A stretch of DNA of 64,000 bases from a virus (IMGVR_UViG_3300028840_004168:65911-129910), one strand, 5' to 3'. Shown: positions 37,370-47,508, numbered from the stretch's first letter. Program-made: numbers and translations. The notes: generated from the letters alone by a model not told the origin.

Positions 37370-37738
37370 TTAAGAGGTGTGGCGCACCTCATTTGCAAAG
37401 CACCTTGCGTGCTCTCTTCTTATGCGATTCATTTTCTCTGATGCCCTGGAGACAAAGTCAAACTCGTAACCTATGTCTTCAGTCAAGTGCTTGATAAAGC
37501 CTTGGACATAAGGGTCTTCGAACGATACAGGTTTAGTATTAGTCAGTATCAATCTATACAGGCATGAATCATGCTGACCTATTACCTGGCGAACGCTATC
37601 GCACCTGTAGTAATAACATACCATGTGCGTTCCGTCAGTGTCAGCAAACAGCTCAGGGAATACAGCCACAAGCGTTCTTTCTGATAGCTTGTCTCTCCTG
37701 ATAATAGCCTTTACTGGCTTTGTCCATTCTTCTGCCAT
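37370..37738 (-). CDS. Hypothetical early protein
   Basis: VAVFPE...CY...IGQH; AAGGAG SD. Confidence 0.6.
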   Translation of the reverse strand: MAEEWTKPVKAIIRRDKLSERTLVAVFPELFADTDGTHMVCYYYRCDSVRQVIGQHDSCLYRLILTNTKPVSFEDPYVQGFIKHLTEDIGYEFDFVSRASEKMNRIRREHARCFANEVRHTS

Positions 37739-37749
37739 GTCTTCTCCTT

Positions 37750-37977
37750 TTAATTTTCTTCAAAGATTATATCACCGTCAACGTCTGTCACAATCACGTA
37801 TCCATCATCATCTACAGTCACAGTCAGGCCGAACAGGTCGGCACTTTCTTCTTCATCTTTAGCACCGTTATTAATCCATACCTTGATGGTTTCAACGCCT
37901 TGCTCATCTTTAGTATAGCGAGTGTCTACCCCGATGGTTTCACCCTGCATATATGTTTCCATTGGATTCTTAGCCAT
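37750..37977 (-). CDS. Acidic hypothetical protein
   Basis: Start revised to MAKNPM (GAAGGAG SD). Confidence 0.55.
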   Translation of the reverse strand: MAKNPMETYMQGETIGVDTRYTKDEQGVETIKVWINNGAKDEEESADLFGLTVTVDDDGYVIVTDVDGDIIFEEN

Positions 37978-38417
37978 TATTTTACTCCTTCTAATCCGAA
38001 AAATTTGTTTATCTTCTTGCCACCTAACCTGTATTGACGGTCTGAGAAACAGGGCACTGCCTTGCCTAATGAACTCATGCAGGATGAGGCAACGTGCCTG
38101 TAAAAATAATACCAGTCCTGATTCCATCCTACCTTGTCATGCTTAACATCATTGTCTGCCAGCCATGTCACAGCATCATCTACCAAGTCCATTATCTCTG
38201 CCTCAAACGTTTCTTCTTTCAATGGAATGACTTTGCGCTTGACAGTCATTATAAAACTGCCTGTCTCTGAATTGACCACTGAATGCAGGATTAGAGTCTT
38301 TCCAATTTCATCATCTTCATAGCAAGCATAGTCAAAGCAATGAAAATCATCTCCACTGCCGATAGCATATTCCAGGATGCCATAAGGGTCTGTCACACCT
38401 TCAAAGTTATCTGCCAT
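37977..38417 (-). CDS. Hypothetical early protein
   Basis: Start revised to MADNFE; TAATG coupling both ends. Confidence 0.6.
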   Translation of the reverse strand: MADNFEGVTDPYGILEYAIGSGDDFHCFDYACYEDDEIGKTLILHSVVNSETGSFIMTVKRKVIPLKEETFEAEIMDLVDDAVTWLADNDVKHDKVGWNQDWYYFYRHVASSCMSSLGKAVPCFSDRQYRLGGKKINKFFGLEGVK

Positions 38418-38620
38418 TATTTTACTCCTTCTGCTATCGCTCCCATGATAGCACCCATTACAAAGTCTGGCTCTTGCTCCCATTCGTCTGCAATCCAGTA
38501 ATACAGCTCGTTTCCAGCTATGTCTAAAATGCGCACATAATCGCATTTGTCTGGATATTGAGGGAAACACAAGATAATATTTCCTACTACTACATTTACT
38601 TCTGGATATTTTTGTGCCAT
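38417..38620 (-). CDS. Hypothetical early protein
   Basis: GGGAG SD. Confidence 0.6.
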   Translation of the reverse strand: MAQKYPEVNVVVGNIILCFPQYPDKCDYVRILDIAGNELYYWIADEWEQEPDFVMGAIMGAIAEGVK

Positions 38621-38630
38621 ATCTTCTCCC

Positions 38631-38813
38631 TTACTTTTCGTTTACTCCAGTGAAGTTGTATTGCAGTTCTACTTTCTCACCGCATTCAAGACAGATACCG
38701 TCAAACACCATATAGTCAGTGGCTACACCTTTACTGGATTCATGGGCTATATCTTTGCTGGTATCAACTGCAAACATTGTTTTGTTTTTACACACAGGGC
38801 ATTCGCTATGCAT
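38631..38813 (-). CDS. Small zinc-ribbon protein
   Basis: CPVC...CLECG. Confidence 0.6.
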   Translation of the reverse strand: MHSECPVCKNKTMFAVDTSKDIAHESSKGVATDYMVFDGICLECGEKVELQYNFTGVNEK

Positions 38814-39180
38814 TGTTACTCCTTTCGTGGTATGGCCTATAGCCAGAGAGTTTCCGTCTCTTGCGACCTAAGAGCCTATGGCGTATCTTCTTAACATCTA
38901 CTCCTGCCAGTTTCAATCCTGCCAGAAATTCATCAAGAGACTTTTCACCTTTGGACTGGTTACATGACCGACACGCTACAACTAAGTTGGTATGACAATG
39001 CGTGCCTCCAAGTTCTTCAGGTAATACATGGTCAAGGGTTAAGTTGCGGTCTAGCACTGGGTTATCACAGTATGCGCATGTGTGATTATCCCTGTCATAG
39101 ATAGCTTTGCGTTTTTTCTTTGCTATCCACTTGCTACCGTTTTTCTTCTTGACTTGCCTTTTCATGTTTTCTCCTTTCAT
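38806..39180 (-). CDS. HNH endonuclease
   Basis: IYDRDNHTCAYC...TLDHVLP..LGG...NLVVACRSCNQSKG. Confidence 0.85.
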   Translation of the reverse strand: MKGENMKRQVKKKNGSKWIAKKKRKAIYDRDNHTCAYCDNPVLDRNLTLDHVLPEELGGTHCHTNLVVACRSCNQSKGEKSLDEFLAGLKLAGVDVKKIRHRLLGRKRRKLSGYRPYHERSNNA

Positions 39181-39190
39181 CCTATAAACA

Positions 39191-39281
39191 ATTATACTTG
39201 GCTATTTATTATTTGTCAAGAAGTTTTTTCTGTAATTACATTTTATTTTTTTCTTGACTTTCTTGAAAAGCCTGTTATAAT
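39191..39281. promoter_or_regulatory. Back-to-back divergent sigma70 promoters sharing one palindrome
   Basis: Left TTGACA-17-TATAAT (39219-39191); right TTGACT-16-TATAAT (39254-39281); TCTGTAATTACATT 39229-39242. Confidence 0.8.
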
Positions 39282-39324
39282 TCAACTTAGGATGAAGGAA
39301 CGAAAAAAAGAAAGGAGACAAAAC

Positions 39325-39582
39325 ATGCATAAGTCAAATCAAAACGCTCAAACCCCTGAAATAATCATACTTGTAGTAGATGGAGTAGTGACAGACATAG
39401 CGTCTGACATTACCCTGAACACTACCATTATTAATGCAGACAGTGACGGATACCTGGATGAAGATGAAGTGACACACAGCTACAACGGCAAAGAAGCGTC
39501 CGTGATAGTAAACAGAATCAACCCTGAACCTGGACAGCTTGAACACCTTAAATCAAACCTGGAAAAGAAGGAGGCCGAATAA
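39325..39582 (+). CDS. Hypothetical early protein
   Basis: Start revised to ATG 39325 (GAAAGGAG SD). Confidence 0.55.
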   Translation: MHKSNQNAQTPEIIILVVDGVVTDIASDITLNTTIINADSDGYLDEDEVTHSYNGKEASVIVNRINPEPGQLEHLKSNLEKKEAE

Positions 39583-40229
39583 TGGATGACTGCTTACATG
39601 AAGAAAGTTATAAAGGCTATACTATCAAGGTTTACCATGATGACGTAACTGGTTATCATGACAGCCCAAGAGACTGGGACAACCTCGGAACCATGCTATG
39701 TGTCAAACATAGACACTACCTACTCGGAGATGAACAGCAAGACGCAGACGATATCAAAGAATTCATCAAAGAAAATGAAAACAACATCGTATGGCTGCCA
39801 CTATACCTGTATGACCATAGCGGTCTGAGAATGAATACAGGCGGATTTCACTGCCCCTGGGATTCAGGACAGGTTGGCATTGTCTATGTCACTAAAGAAA
39901 GAATCCGTGAAGAGTATAGCTGCAAGCGTATTTCCAAAGCGACCCTCAAAAAAGTGTTGAATGTGCTCAATGGCGAAGTTAAAAATTACGACCACTATAT
40001 CTCTGGTCAAATCTACGGCTATATTATCGAAGATGAACACGGAGAAGATGGAGATTCTTGTTGGGGCTTCTACGGAGATTACGAAGAATACATGCTGCCT
40101 GAATGCAGATCAATCATCGACCACGATATAATTCATCGCTCGAAAGAGGCTGCCAGTGAAGCTATCCAGGAGATATGGGAGGTGCAGGCCAAGTTCGATG
40201 CGCTTGGATGGATAGGAGCAATCATATGA
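39582..40229 (+). CDS. Conserved phage/MGE hypothetical
   Basis: SPRDWDNLGTM...LPLYLYDHSG...WDSGQVG...SCWGFYG. Confidence 0.7.
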   Translation: MDDCLHEESYKGYTIKVYHDDVTGYHDSPRDWDNLGTMLCVKHRHYLLGDEQQDADDIKEFIKENENNIVWLPLYLYDHSGLRMNTGGFHCPWDSGQVGIVYVTKERIREEYSCKRISKATLKKVLNVLNGEVKNYDHYISGQIYGYIIEDEHGEDGDSCWGFYGDYEEYMLPECRSIIDHDIIHRSKEAASEAIQEIWEVQAKFDALGWIGAII

Positions 40230-40816
40230 AAAGGAAAGACGGAGTAAAGCTACAGACGATAGTTAGAACCATCTTAATAATCCTGGAATACTATGCAGGC
40301 GACTTTGCAGGCCTAGCGCCTATGAAAAATATGATAGATGACGTAAGAGTGCAGCTTGACCTGTTCAGCGACCTGTTAAAAGACCTTCTCGACCTGGATG
40401 AAAGAAGGGATGAATACATAAGGACGACTGACTGGAAACTGCTACAGAAGCAGAAAGACACGCTCTATAATGTTTACTACAACCTGGATAAGAGAGATAA
40501 AGAGATTGGAAAAAAAGCGGTAGGAAATATTATAGACGATATCCAGGACTTGCTTGGTATTGTGCATATACTTGATGCCTTCCAGGAAATTCATAAGCCT
40601 GGATATCCAGGTAGGACTACGCCTGATCCAAACCAGGAAGCTCAGAACCCTGATATACCGATAGAAGAGCTTGCGGTTAAAGAGCTGATAGAAAATCCAG
40701 ACTACAGAGAAAACCTGGAAGAGATTGTTAACACATTTTTTACCGAGCACCTGGACGCTCATAAAGAATGGTGCGACTGGTTTAAGAAAGAGAAAAAACT
40801 TGACAACGAGCGATAA
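40226..40816 (+). CDS. Helical hypothetical protein
   Basis: Start revised to MKRKDG, ATGA overlap. Confidence 0.55.
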   Translation: MKRKDGVKLQTIVRTILIILEYYAGDFAGLAPMKNMIDDVRVQLDLFSDLLKDLLDLDERRDEYIRTTDWKLLQKQKDTLYNVYYNLDKRDKEIGKKAVGNIIDDIQDLLGIVHILDAFQEIHKPGYPGRTTPDPNQEAQNPDIPIEELAVKELIENPDYRENLEEIVNTFFTEHLDAHKEWCDWFKKEKKLDNER

Positions 40817-40828
40817 GTCAAGTATACT
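40800..40828 (+). promoter_or_regulatory. sigma70-type promoter
   Basis: TTGACA-17-TATACT then TTAGGATGA leader. Confidence 0.75.
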
Positions 40829-40837
40829 TAGCTTAGG

Positions 40838-41206
40838 ATGAAGAAAGGAGAAAACATGCCGAAGACGATCATAATCAAAACAATAGACAAGCACAAATGC
40901 GCATGTGAAGGCAACCTCTACAGCTCCAAAGATGAAGCCTGGAACGCTATGAACAAGAAATATGTGCTCATGAACATCGACTTCCAGGTTATTCCTGCTA
41001 CCAAAGAAGAGCTGAAGTTCTGGAGTGAATTTATCGATAAAAACCGCCAGAAGCTCAACCCTATGGTGCTGCACGTCAAAGAGCTTGTGGCTACCATCCC
41101 TCAGAGCGAACTTGACAATGCCATCGAAGAGATTGAAGACATACTCAGAGAATACTCCATCGAAGAGGACTATGAGTTTGTGTTTGACATCCTGGAAGGC
41201 GAATAA
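40838..41206 (+). CDS. Hypothetical early protein
   Basis: Probable start 40856 after GAAAGGAG. Confidence 0.6.
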   Translation: MKKGENMPKTIIIKTIDKHKCACEGNLYSSKDEAWNAMNKKYVLMNIDFQVIPATKEELKFWSEFIDKNRQKLNPMVLHVKELVATIPQSELDNAIEEIEDILREYSIEEDYEFVFDILEGE

Positions 41207-41296
41207 ACCATAGCACCAGGAGCCGTATTTTGGCTCCTGGGAGCTTTTTATACTCTAGGAAGGGGTATATAAACCAAATCAACAAAAGGAGACAGT

Positions 41297-41722
41297 ATGG
41301 AGCAAATCAAACGATCAACAGCAACAGTCCTGGTAAGCATCGAAGTCTTTCACAAAGGCGATATGAATATTGAAGAGATAGTCAACGAGATGGACTATAA
41401 CTTCTTGTCTGGTACACATGATGCGGTAGTTATCAACAACAACTCAGAGATCATAGCTACAGACGCTAAGGCCGTCAACGAAGAGATTGAAAACCAGGAA
41501 AGCGCCCAGTATATTATGGAGACGAACGAGACACCAGTGCAGTCATTCCACGTATACCTTTCTAACCTGGATGACTACGAAGACTCTAAAGACTGGGACG
41601 CAGCCAAGAGGTATGACTTCTTCATGGATATGCAGATGCGCCTCCAGGATGGATTCAACATCAACACCTACCAGTATAACCTGCCTGACTTCATCACTGA
41701 ATACCTGGGAGATGAAGCCTAA
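41297..41722 (+). CDS. Acidic hypothetical protein
   Basis: AAGGAG SD. Confidence 0.6.
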   Translation: MEQIKRSTATVLVSIEVFHKGDMNIEEIVNEMDYNFLSGTHDAVVINNNSEIIATDAKAVNEEIENQESAQYIMETNETPVQSFHVYLSNLDDYEDSKDWDAAKRYDFFMDMQMRLQDGFNINTYQYNLPDFITEYLGDEA

Positions 41723-41755
41723 TACAAACCGACTCAGAACAAACCCTGATACTAC

Positions 41756-41779
41756 AGCCCCTGATTCCAGGGGCTTTCT
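41756..41779 (+). terminator. Intrinsic terminator
   Basis: AGCCCCTG-ATTC-CAGGGGCT-TTC. Confidence 0.6.
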
Positions 41780-42200
41780 ATCTGGAAGTGTATACAGTGC
41801 AAGCTGCATTGTCATTAAGATGAGCAAATCCAAACACTTACAAAAGTGCCCTCATATAAATCCAGCTATGCTTGCGCCCTTACGCTACAAGAACTACAAA
41901 AACCAAAACAAAAACTACCTTCAGTATCTAACTCCGCCATCAGCCGCACCAGGATCAAAACTTTATGAGTAAAAAATGTTCTATTATTATATAATAATAA
42001 TACAAAAATCTTCTCACTCTTAAAAAAAGACTTTTTGATCCTGAAGCATTCTGTTATGACGCAGTTAGATACTCTTTACCCCACATTATATTACCTTAAT
42101 ATGTATATATATTTAGATTTCAACTACTGAATCCTGACGTAGTGACACCTAAATGCAGCTAAGCCGCCGCCGATGGGATAAATCGTAGAAAGATAAATAT

Positions 42201-42250
42201 AATTGAATTTCAGATTTTTTTCTTGACAACCGTGAAAAGCGTGGTATAAT
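42201..42250 (+). promoter_or_regulatory. sigma70 promoter plus partial palindrome
   Basis: AATTGAATTTCAGA 42201-42214; TTGACA-16-TATAAT 42223-42250. Confidence 0.75.
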
Positions 42251-42284
42251 TGAACTTAGGATGACAAAAGAAAGGAGAAAAAAC

Positions 42285-42500
42285 ATGGCAAAAAAGAAAG
42301 AAAAATACGAAATGCTTATCCAATGTAATAACTGTAGCAGGAAGGCTACAGCTATATTCACCTGGGGCTTTACTGTCAGCGGAGATATAGATTCACCTGA
42401 CCAGTGTAAATACTGTGGTGGGAAAAAGTTCATGACTTTAAATGAAAGACCTCTGAGCTACGCAGACTGTAAATACAACCAGGTTATAAACTTTACTTAA
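42285..42500 (+). CDS. Small zinc-ribbon protein
   Basis: CNNC...CKYCGG; start revised. Confidence 0.6.
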   Translation: MAKKKEKYEMLIQCNNCSRKATAIFTWGFTVSGDIDSPDQCKYCGGKKFMTLNERPLSYADCKYNQVINFT

Positions 42501-42513
42501 AAGGAGAAGAGAT

Positions 42514-43290
42514 ATGACAGAGAAAAGATTTTGGCCAGATTATAACATACCGCCAACCTATAGACTGGGCCGCCCTGGTATGGGCTGCGCTGGAGATCCA
42601 CCTAACTATCCATCATACCATGTCAGGCCTATATGGACAGCTACTGGCAATTATCCACCCTGGGGCCGTTGTCCACGTATATTCTACAAGGGCAATGGAT
42701 ATGCTGACTTTGAAGATATCAATATCGATGCCAACTGGGACAAGCTACCGCTGGGCTATACCAGAGTGAAGGCCTGGATTATGAGCAAGTTCAGGACTAT
42801 GCAGCACTGCTATCTTGACCCTGATATATATGATCCAGATCAGGCCCACACGTTCCACGACTCCATGATCATCTACCCTGTGCCTGACTATAAGCTGGAG
42901 ACGTTCACTGATGACGAACGCTTCTCTGATGAGTGGAGGCATACACAGCGCAAGGCTGTAGAGATCAAGAACAGGGAGATCAGGAAAGCTGCTAAGAAGA
43001 TCGCAGTGTTTGATAACCATGCAGCAACTATTGTGATAAGGGAGTTCTATCCTGAGTTCGACCCACCTGAAGATGCACGTCTCAAGCTTGAGTGCGACCC
43101 TGAGAACGTAGCGTCCTGGTGGGAGCGCTCAGCTATGCCATACCCGCCTGAAAGATGTCCTGGAGATGGTAATTATCGCAAGCATCCAGCCAACAACTCC
43201 TGGTGTCAGTTCTGCGGATGGACAGAAGAAGAAGGAACCGAAAAAGAAGAGAGGATTTATAAAATATTGCAGGCGCTTGAGATAGAATAA
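42514..43290 (+). CDS. Hypothetical protein
   Basis: AAGGAG SD, 258 aa, C-terminal C/H/CxxC. Confidence 0.65.
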   Translation: MTEKRFWPDYNIPPTYRLGRPGMGCAGDPPNYPSYHVRPIWTATGNYPPWGRCPRIFYKGNGYADFEDINIDANWDKLPLGYTRVKAWIMSKFRTMQHCYLDPDIYDPDQAHTFHDSMIIYPVPDYKLETFTDDERFSDEWRHTQRKAVEIKNREIRKAAKKIAVFDNHAATIVIREFYPEFDPPEDARLKLECDPENVASWWERSAMPYPPERCPGDGNYRKHPANNSWCQFCGWTEEEGTEKEERIYKILQALEIE

Positions 43291-43318
43291 TTTGTCATGT
43301 CTCCTTCCTTCCTAGACT

Positions 43319-43347
43319 GGGCAGCACAATTGCTGCCCTTTCTTTTT
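43319..43347 (+). terminator. Intrinsic terminator
   Basis: GGGCAGCA-CAAT-TGCTGCCC-TTTCTTTTT. Confidence 0.85.
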
Positions 43348-43489
43348 GTCTGATTTCAAACAGCGTGTGCACTATTATATAGCGCAGTGTGACAATTACA
43401 AACCGACTGTTTTGATTGCCTGATTCCAAACCGCCGACCCTGGCATTTCAACCTGGGTTTAAATTTGGGCCCGCAGCTAAAAAAAATAA

Positions 43490-43544
43490 AATGTAATTAC
43501 AGATTAATTTTCTTCTTGACAAATGCTAAATAGCAAGCTATACT
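43490..43544 (+). promoter_or_regulatory. sigma70 promoter plus palindrome
   Basis: AATGTAATTACAGA 43490-43503; TTGACA-17-TATACT 43516-43544. Confidence 0.8.
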
Positions 43545-43584
43545 TAGCTTTAGGATGATATAAAAAACGAAAGGAGACAATCAT

Positions 43585-44349
43585 ATGTCTAACGTATCGG
43601 AATTATTAGCAAAAGCAATCGAGAAAAAAAGATCTTACAGATCTGCAAGCCGTAACAATTACATTACCTATGATAATGGCATCATCACTGTGAGATATTA
43701 CAACACAGACATCGCCGTTATCGATTTAGATGAGAGGACTATCACTCTCAACACTGGGGGCTGGACTACGCCGACCACCAAAGAGAGAATGAATGAAGTC
43801 CTTGACACAATGGGGATCAACAATCATATCTGGCAGGAAAAATGGATCTGGTATTATGGCAGATGGGATGGCAAGAGAGCTTATCACTTCGATGGCATGA
43901 AGATCGAATTCACTACAGGTGATATCCTGAATCCAGAAGAAGGGCCAGATATCGATACAGAAGAGAAGGCCAGGAAGCTGTTCAACAGGTTGCTTAGCAG
44001 ATATGTCAGGAAGTTTAAGAGGCTGGCTGGCAGACAAGAGCTGCCAGATCCTGCAGGAGACTGCCTTTATTGCAGCATGATAGATGAGCATGAAGGAACC
44101 CATCTCTATTCACATCTCATAGAAGAGTATGTAATGCAGTCGCTGGTATACAACGCCCTGGTTAAAGCTGGATACAATGCAGACTTCTTGCTGGCTATCT
44201 ATCGAGACGCTGATGCCAGCAACACAAGAGAATCTTTATTCACAGACACCGCAGCCAGGGCTATCAAGAAATACTTTAGGCAGCGGATTGTTAAAGTTAA
44301 ATTACTTGAAGCATACGAACAGCACAGAAAAGAAGAAGCTGCTGCATAG
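43585..44349 (+). CDS. Conserved phage hypothetical
   Basis: YYNTDIA...ITLNTGGWTTPTTKERMN. Confidence 0.7.
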   Translation: MSNVSELLAKAIEKKRSYRSASRNNYITYDNGIITVRYYNTDIAVIDLDERTITLNTGGWTTPTTKERMNEVLDTMGINNHIWQEKWIWYYGRWDGKRAYHFDGMKIEFTTGDILNPEEGPDIDTEEKARKLFNRLLSRYVRKFKRLAGRQELPDPAGDCLYCSMIDEHEGTHLYSHLIEEYVMQSLVYNALVKAGYNADFLLAIYRDADASNTRESLFTDTAARAIKKYFRQRIVKVKLLEAYEQHRKEEAAA

Positions 44350-44463
44350 CAAGGTATACTTAACCATTGCCCTTAGAAGCGTTTATTTAGCCTCTAAGGG
44401 CTTTTTAAGGGGGTGATAAGGTAAACATAGCTGAGCTTTAAACAATTTAACTGAGGATAATAT

Positions 44464-44889
44464 ATGAGCTTACTGTGGCAAGATACTAGCCAAGTATACT
44501 TGAATATCTGTGTAATATTTGGCTTGATTTTAATAGCATGGTATGGTATACATAGACTTATGGGATTCATACCATTGAGAATAACAAGAATTATTCGAAA
44601 TCGCAAGGGGGTAACTATGCCTAGCATTGATGAATTATTGTTCTTACACTACAAGCATGACAAGACATTCTGTCCTGAATGCGATCCTATGGGTATATCT
44701 AAAACGCCATATGGAGTAACACAGCTCAATAAGCAGGTGCATCCAGGCAGGCAGGTAGTCATCAGCCTGCAATGTTCCAGGTGCAAAGCTGTCTGGAACG
44801 AGATCTATGACCTGGAAGATATAATAGTCACGTCTCCAGGGAGCGTAGGCAGCCTGAAACGCAACAAGAAGCCTTCACAAACCGCTTGA
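44464..44889 (+). CDS. Hypothetical protein, TM plus zinc ribbon (possibly two genes; second start MPSID)
   Basis: CPEC...CSRC; internal GGGGG SD. Confidence 0.45.
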   Translation: MSLLWQDTSQVYLNICVIFGLILIAWYGIHRLMGFIPLRITRIIRNRKGVTMPSIDELLFLHYKHDKTFCPECDPMGISKTPYGVTQLNKQVHPGRQVVISLQCSRCKAVWNEIYDLEDIIVTSPGSVGSLKRNKKPSQTA

Positions 44890-45035
44890 CAGATTCTACG
44901 GATCTGATATAATGCAAACATACCCAATTTCCTCCCCAGGGTATCGGGCCAGGGAGCCCCAAAAGCATGAAAGACGTACTGCCTATTTTTTTCCTTTCAT
45001 TTCATCCAATCTCCCTGGCCTTTCCTTTTTTCTCT

Positions 45036-45568
45036 TAACCAAACCGACTGATTTATTCTACGGATACACATCAAACATCTCCAACCAGGTAAATCCAAAC
45101 CAAAAAATCTGTAATTACAGAAAAAAAGTAGGTGCTAATAAGCAACGGACGAGCTTTTACTCAAACCGACTCTTTTATTCTACTCAATAGCAGCATGCCA
45201 ACACCAGGTCTGAAGTTATTCAGACCTGGATTTAACTTAACTCAAACCGACACATTTATTCTACTCATCCAGGAAGGGCTGCACACTGCTGCGACAGCAC
45301 TACAACAGCATCTCCCCAGTGCAGTTCCTGGAAACGCAAGTATATCACACGTTTTCACCTGAAACAGAAGTAAATGCCAAAAAAAATCAGCTATACGTTA
45401 AATTATACTTGACTTCTGAGCAAAAACATGAGAATATCGTTCGTAATGGAAGAAAAAACCACAGAAGGTGGCAGCTCTTCCTGATAGTTGGGTCAAGTAT
45501 ACTTAAAAACCATACTTGAACTTGATCTTTATAGCTTGAACTTGATCTTTATAGTTGGGTCAAGTATA
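45036..45568. repeat. Repeat-rich non-coding region
   Basis: CAAACCGAC-N4-5-TTATTCTAC x3 (near 45040, 45162, 45242); cttgaacttgatctttatag tandem 45515-45554; atagttgggtcaagtata at 45484 and 45551; palindrome 45108-45121. Confidence 0.75.
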
Positions 45569-45650
45569 TTTAAACTGGCGTTTGCTTAGCAGTGACACGC
45601 TCTTAATTAATCGTGTTACTTAAATATATTTAACTGGAGGTTCACACACT

Positions 45651-45776
45651 ATGATTACTTTTAACAGTCTTAATGCCAAGCGTAACGGCAAAGTGTTTCC
45701 CATCATCATTAAAGTTCTTATTATTAACGTATCTGTCTTGGGGCTTGGGCTTTTACTATGCCTGCAGTGCTCATAA
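45651..45776 (+). CDS. Small membrane peptide (41 aa)
   Basis: GGAGG SD; MITFNSLNAKRNGKVFPIIIKVLIINVSVLGLGLLLCLQCS. Confidence 0.5.
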   Translation: MITFNSLNAKRNGKVFPIIIKVLIINVSVLGLGLLLCLQCS

Positions 45777-45788
45777 AGGGGGTGAAAT

Positions 45789-46025
45789 ATGGTTGAACTG
45801 CTGCTTCAGGTGCTGGTATATATGCTTAGCTATCCTTTAATGATAATTGGCAGCGCATTGCGTCTCCGTATAGATATCTCTGTGTGCACTATGGGTAAGA
45901 CTTCTATCTCAAACATAGCTCTATCTAACAGGCGAGTGAGCAGTGTAGCTATATATAACGGCTGGCAGTGGAAATATATAATGGGTAATACTTTACTAAC
46001 CAGGAAAAGAGGGGGTAAAATATGA
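45789..46025 (+). CDS. Hypothetical membrane protein
   Basis: GGGGGTG SD. Confidence 0.5.
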   Translation: MVELLLQVLVYMLSYPLMIIGSALRLRIDISVCTMGKTSISNIALSNRRVSSVAIYNGWQWKYIMGNTLLTRKRGGKI

Positions 46026-46222
46026 GAATAGGATTTATACTGGCGCTTATAACAAGCGTGTTATACTTTATATCAACAGCTATACAGGGATATATGGGCG
46101 TAGACAATGGCAATGTGCTGATGGGATATATGGCAGGCTTCTACGGCGGTGCATCTATCATGATACTATTCGGCTTCAAGGACTTCTATAACAGGACTTT
46201 CAGGGGGATATATGATGCCTGA
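46022..46222 (+). CDS. Two-TM membrane protein
   Basis: Hydrophobic; ATGA coupling. Confidence 0.55.
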   Translation: MRIGFILALITSVLYFISTAIQGYMGVDNGNVLMGYMAGFYGGASIMILFGFKDFYNRTFRGIYDA

Positions 46223-46348
46223 AAACACTAACAAGATATCTCATAAAAGCTTCAGTATAACTAAGCTTGAAGCATGCCTGCTCATAGCTGGATGCGGTAT
46301 GGCTGGACTGGTAGCTTATCTATACTATTATTTGATGGGGGTGTGAAG

Positions 46349-46921
46349 ATGGGAAACGCATATATACTATATTCTGTGGGAGCATTGAAAGGCTTGCTGC
46401 ACTTCGATATCCAGCTGCTTATAGACGGCTACAGGGCTGCCATAGAGTATCTTGAAAAAGAGATATGTCTGCCTGACGGCTGCAGCATATATGATGTCAG
46501 GAGAAAACCTGACAGCGACCTGATAGCAGTAGGTCTTGAAGGTGATATGTTCCCTAAAGTGCGTGAAGACAGGACTCTGCCGCATGTGTTGATCTGCTAC
46601 GAGATCACGAGCGATGACAAAAAGATCCTGAAGACCATCGAAGATGCAGACATACCCAAGACATACTATGGGAGCGCTACATGCAGGACGTGCGCCTACT
46701 GGCATCAGTTTCCAGATATACCTTCTGTGGGAGCATGCCTGCTGCGTGTCAAGATGCATGCAATGGGAGATCCTATGCTGCATGGGCTGCAGGGTAAATC
46801 TTCCGATGAGATAAGTGAATTCCTGGATATATTCAGCAAAGAGTCTGATGAAACCTGTGAAGCATGGCGGTCTGAGCTGCCTGAAGATATAGCTAAATAC
46901 TTCGACAAGGAGAAGAAATAA
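46349..46921 (+). CDS. Hypothetical protein with CxxC..W..G.C module
   Basis: TCRTCAYWHQF...GAC; start revised to MGNAY. Confidence 0.55.
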   Translation: MGNAYILYSVGALKGLLHFDIQLLIDGYRAAIEYLEKEICLPDGCSIYDVRRKPDSDLIAVGLEGDMFPKVREDRTLPHVLICYEITSDDKKILKTIEDADIPKTYYGSATCRTCAYWHQFPDIPSVGACLLRVKMHAMGDPMLHGLQGKSSDEISEFLDIFSKESDETCEAWRSELPEDIAKYFDKEKK

Positions 46922-47286
46922 TGTTTGTATATATCGTCAACGAAGTGCCATATATAGAAGAGACTACACGCAGGCTGGTATTAGAGCTTGGAGATGGTAA
47001 TGGAGTGTTCTACGGCAACTATGATTACATGCCTAAATACTATGACCGTTATGGAGATAAGTCTGAAAAGGAAGTATATAAAGAAGTGTTCGGGCCTCAT
47101 CTGCTTTGCAAGAACTATACCTATCGCAACTGGATATGGACATTCTGCAGCCAAGACAAGACAGCTATAGTTTATTTTCTGGTCAATGTCACAGGCACTT
47201 CTTTTGAATGTCCAGAGCACATGAAAGAAAAAGATTTATTCACATTGCTTGTAGCTCTGGAAGATAAAATCTTACTGGGGGTGTAA
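46921..47286 (+). CDS. Hypothetical protein
   Basis: TAATG coupling. Confidence 0.6.
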   Translation: MFVYIVNEVPYIEETTRRLVLELGDGNGVFYGNYDYMPKYYDRYGDKSEKEVYKEVFGPHLLCKNYTYRNWIWTFCSQDKTAIVYFLVNVTGTSFECPEHMKEKDLFTLLVALEDKILLGV

Positions 47287-47508
47287 ATGAAAGAACTAAT
47301 ATTTACTTTGTTATCGATGCCTGTGTTATACCTAGCTCGTTTGTTAGGGCACAAGGCTGACATGAACCTGAGAATCAAGGGTGACAGCCTGGACAACTGG
47401 CTGACCGTCTACAACTACGATGCGTTCAAAGGGTGTGAGATACTGTGCCATGTATGGAAGAGCAGCTATCTCTTGGGCCTTACCATATCTTCAAGGAGAG
47501 GGGTGTAA
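47287..47508 (+). CDS. Hypothetical protein
   Basis: Coupled ORF. Confidence 0.5.
   Translation: MKELIFTLLSMPVLYLARLLGHKADMNLRIKGDSLDNWLTVYNYDAFKGCEILCHVWKSSYLLGLTISSRRGV

Noticed and set aside
37974-38436. Shared EGVK C-termini (37977 and 38417 genes; 20-bp identical junction)
   Set aside because: Fully explained by the GAAGGAG SD plus TAATG junction; useful as a control showing SD alone gives only about 4 shared residues, unlike the longer tag.
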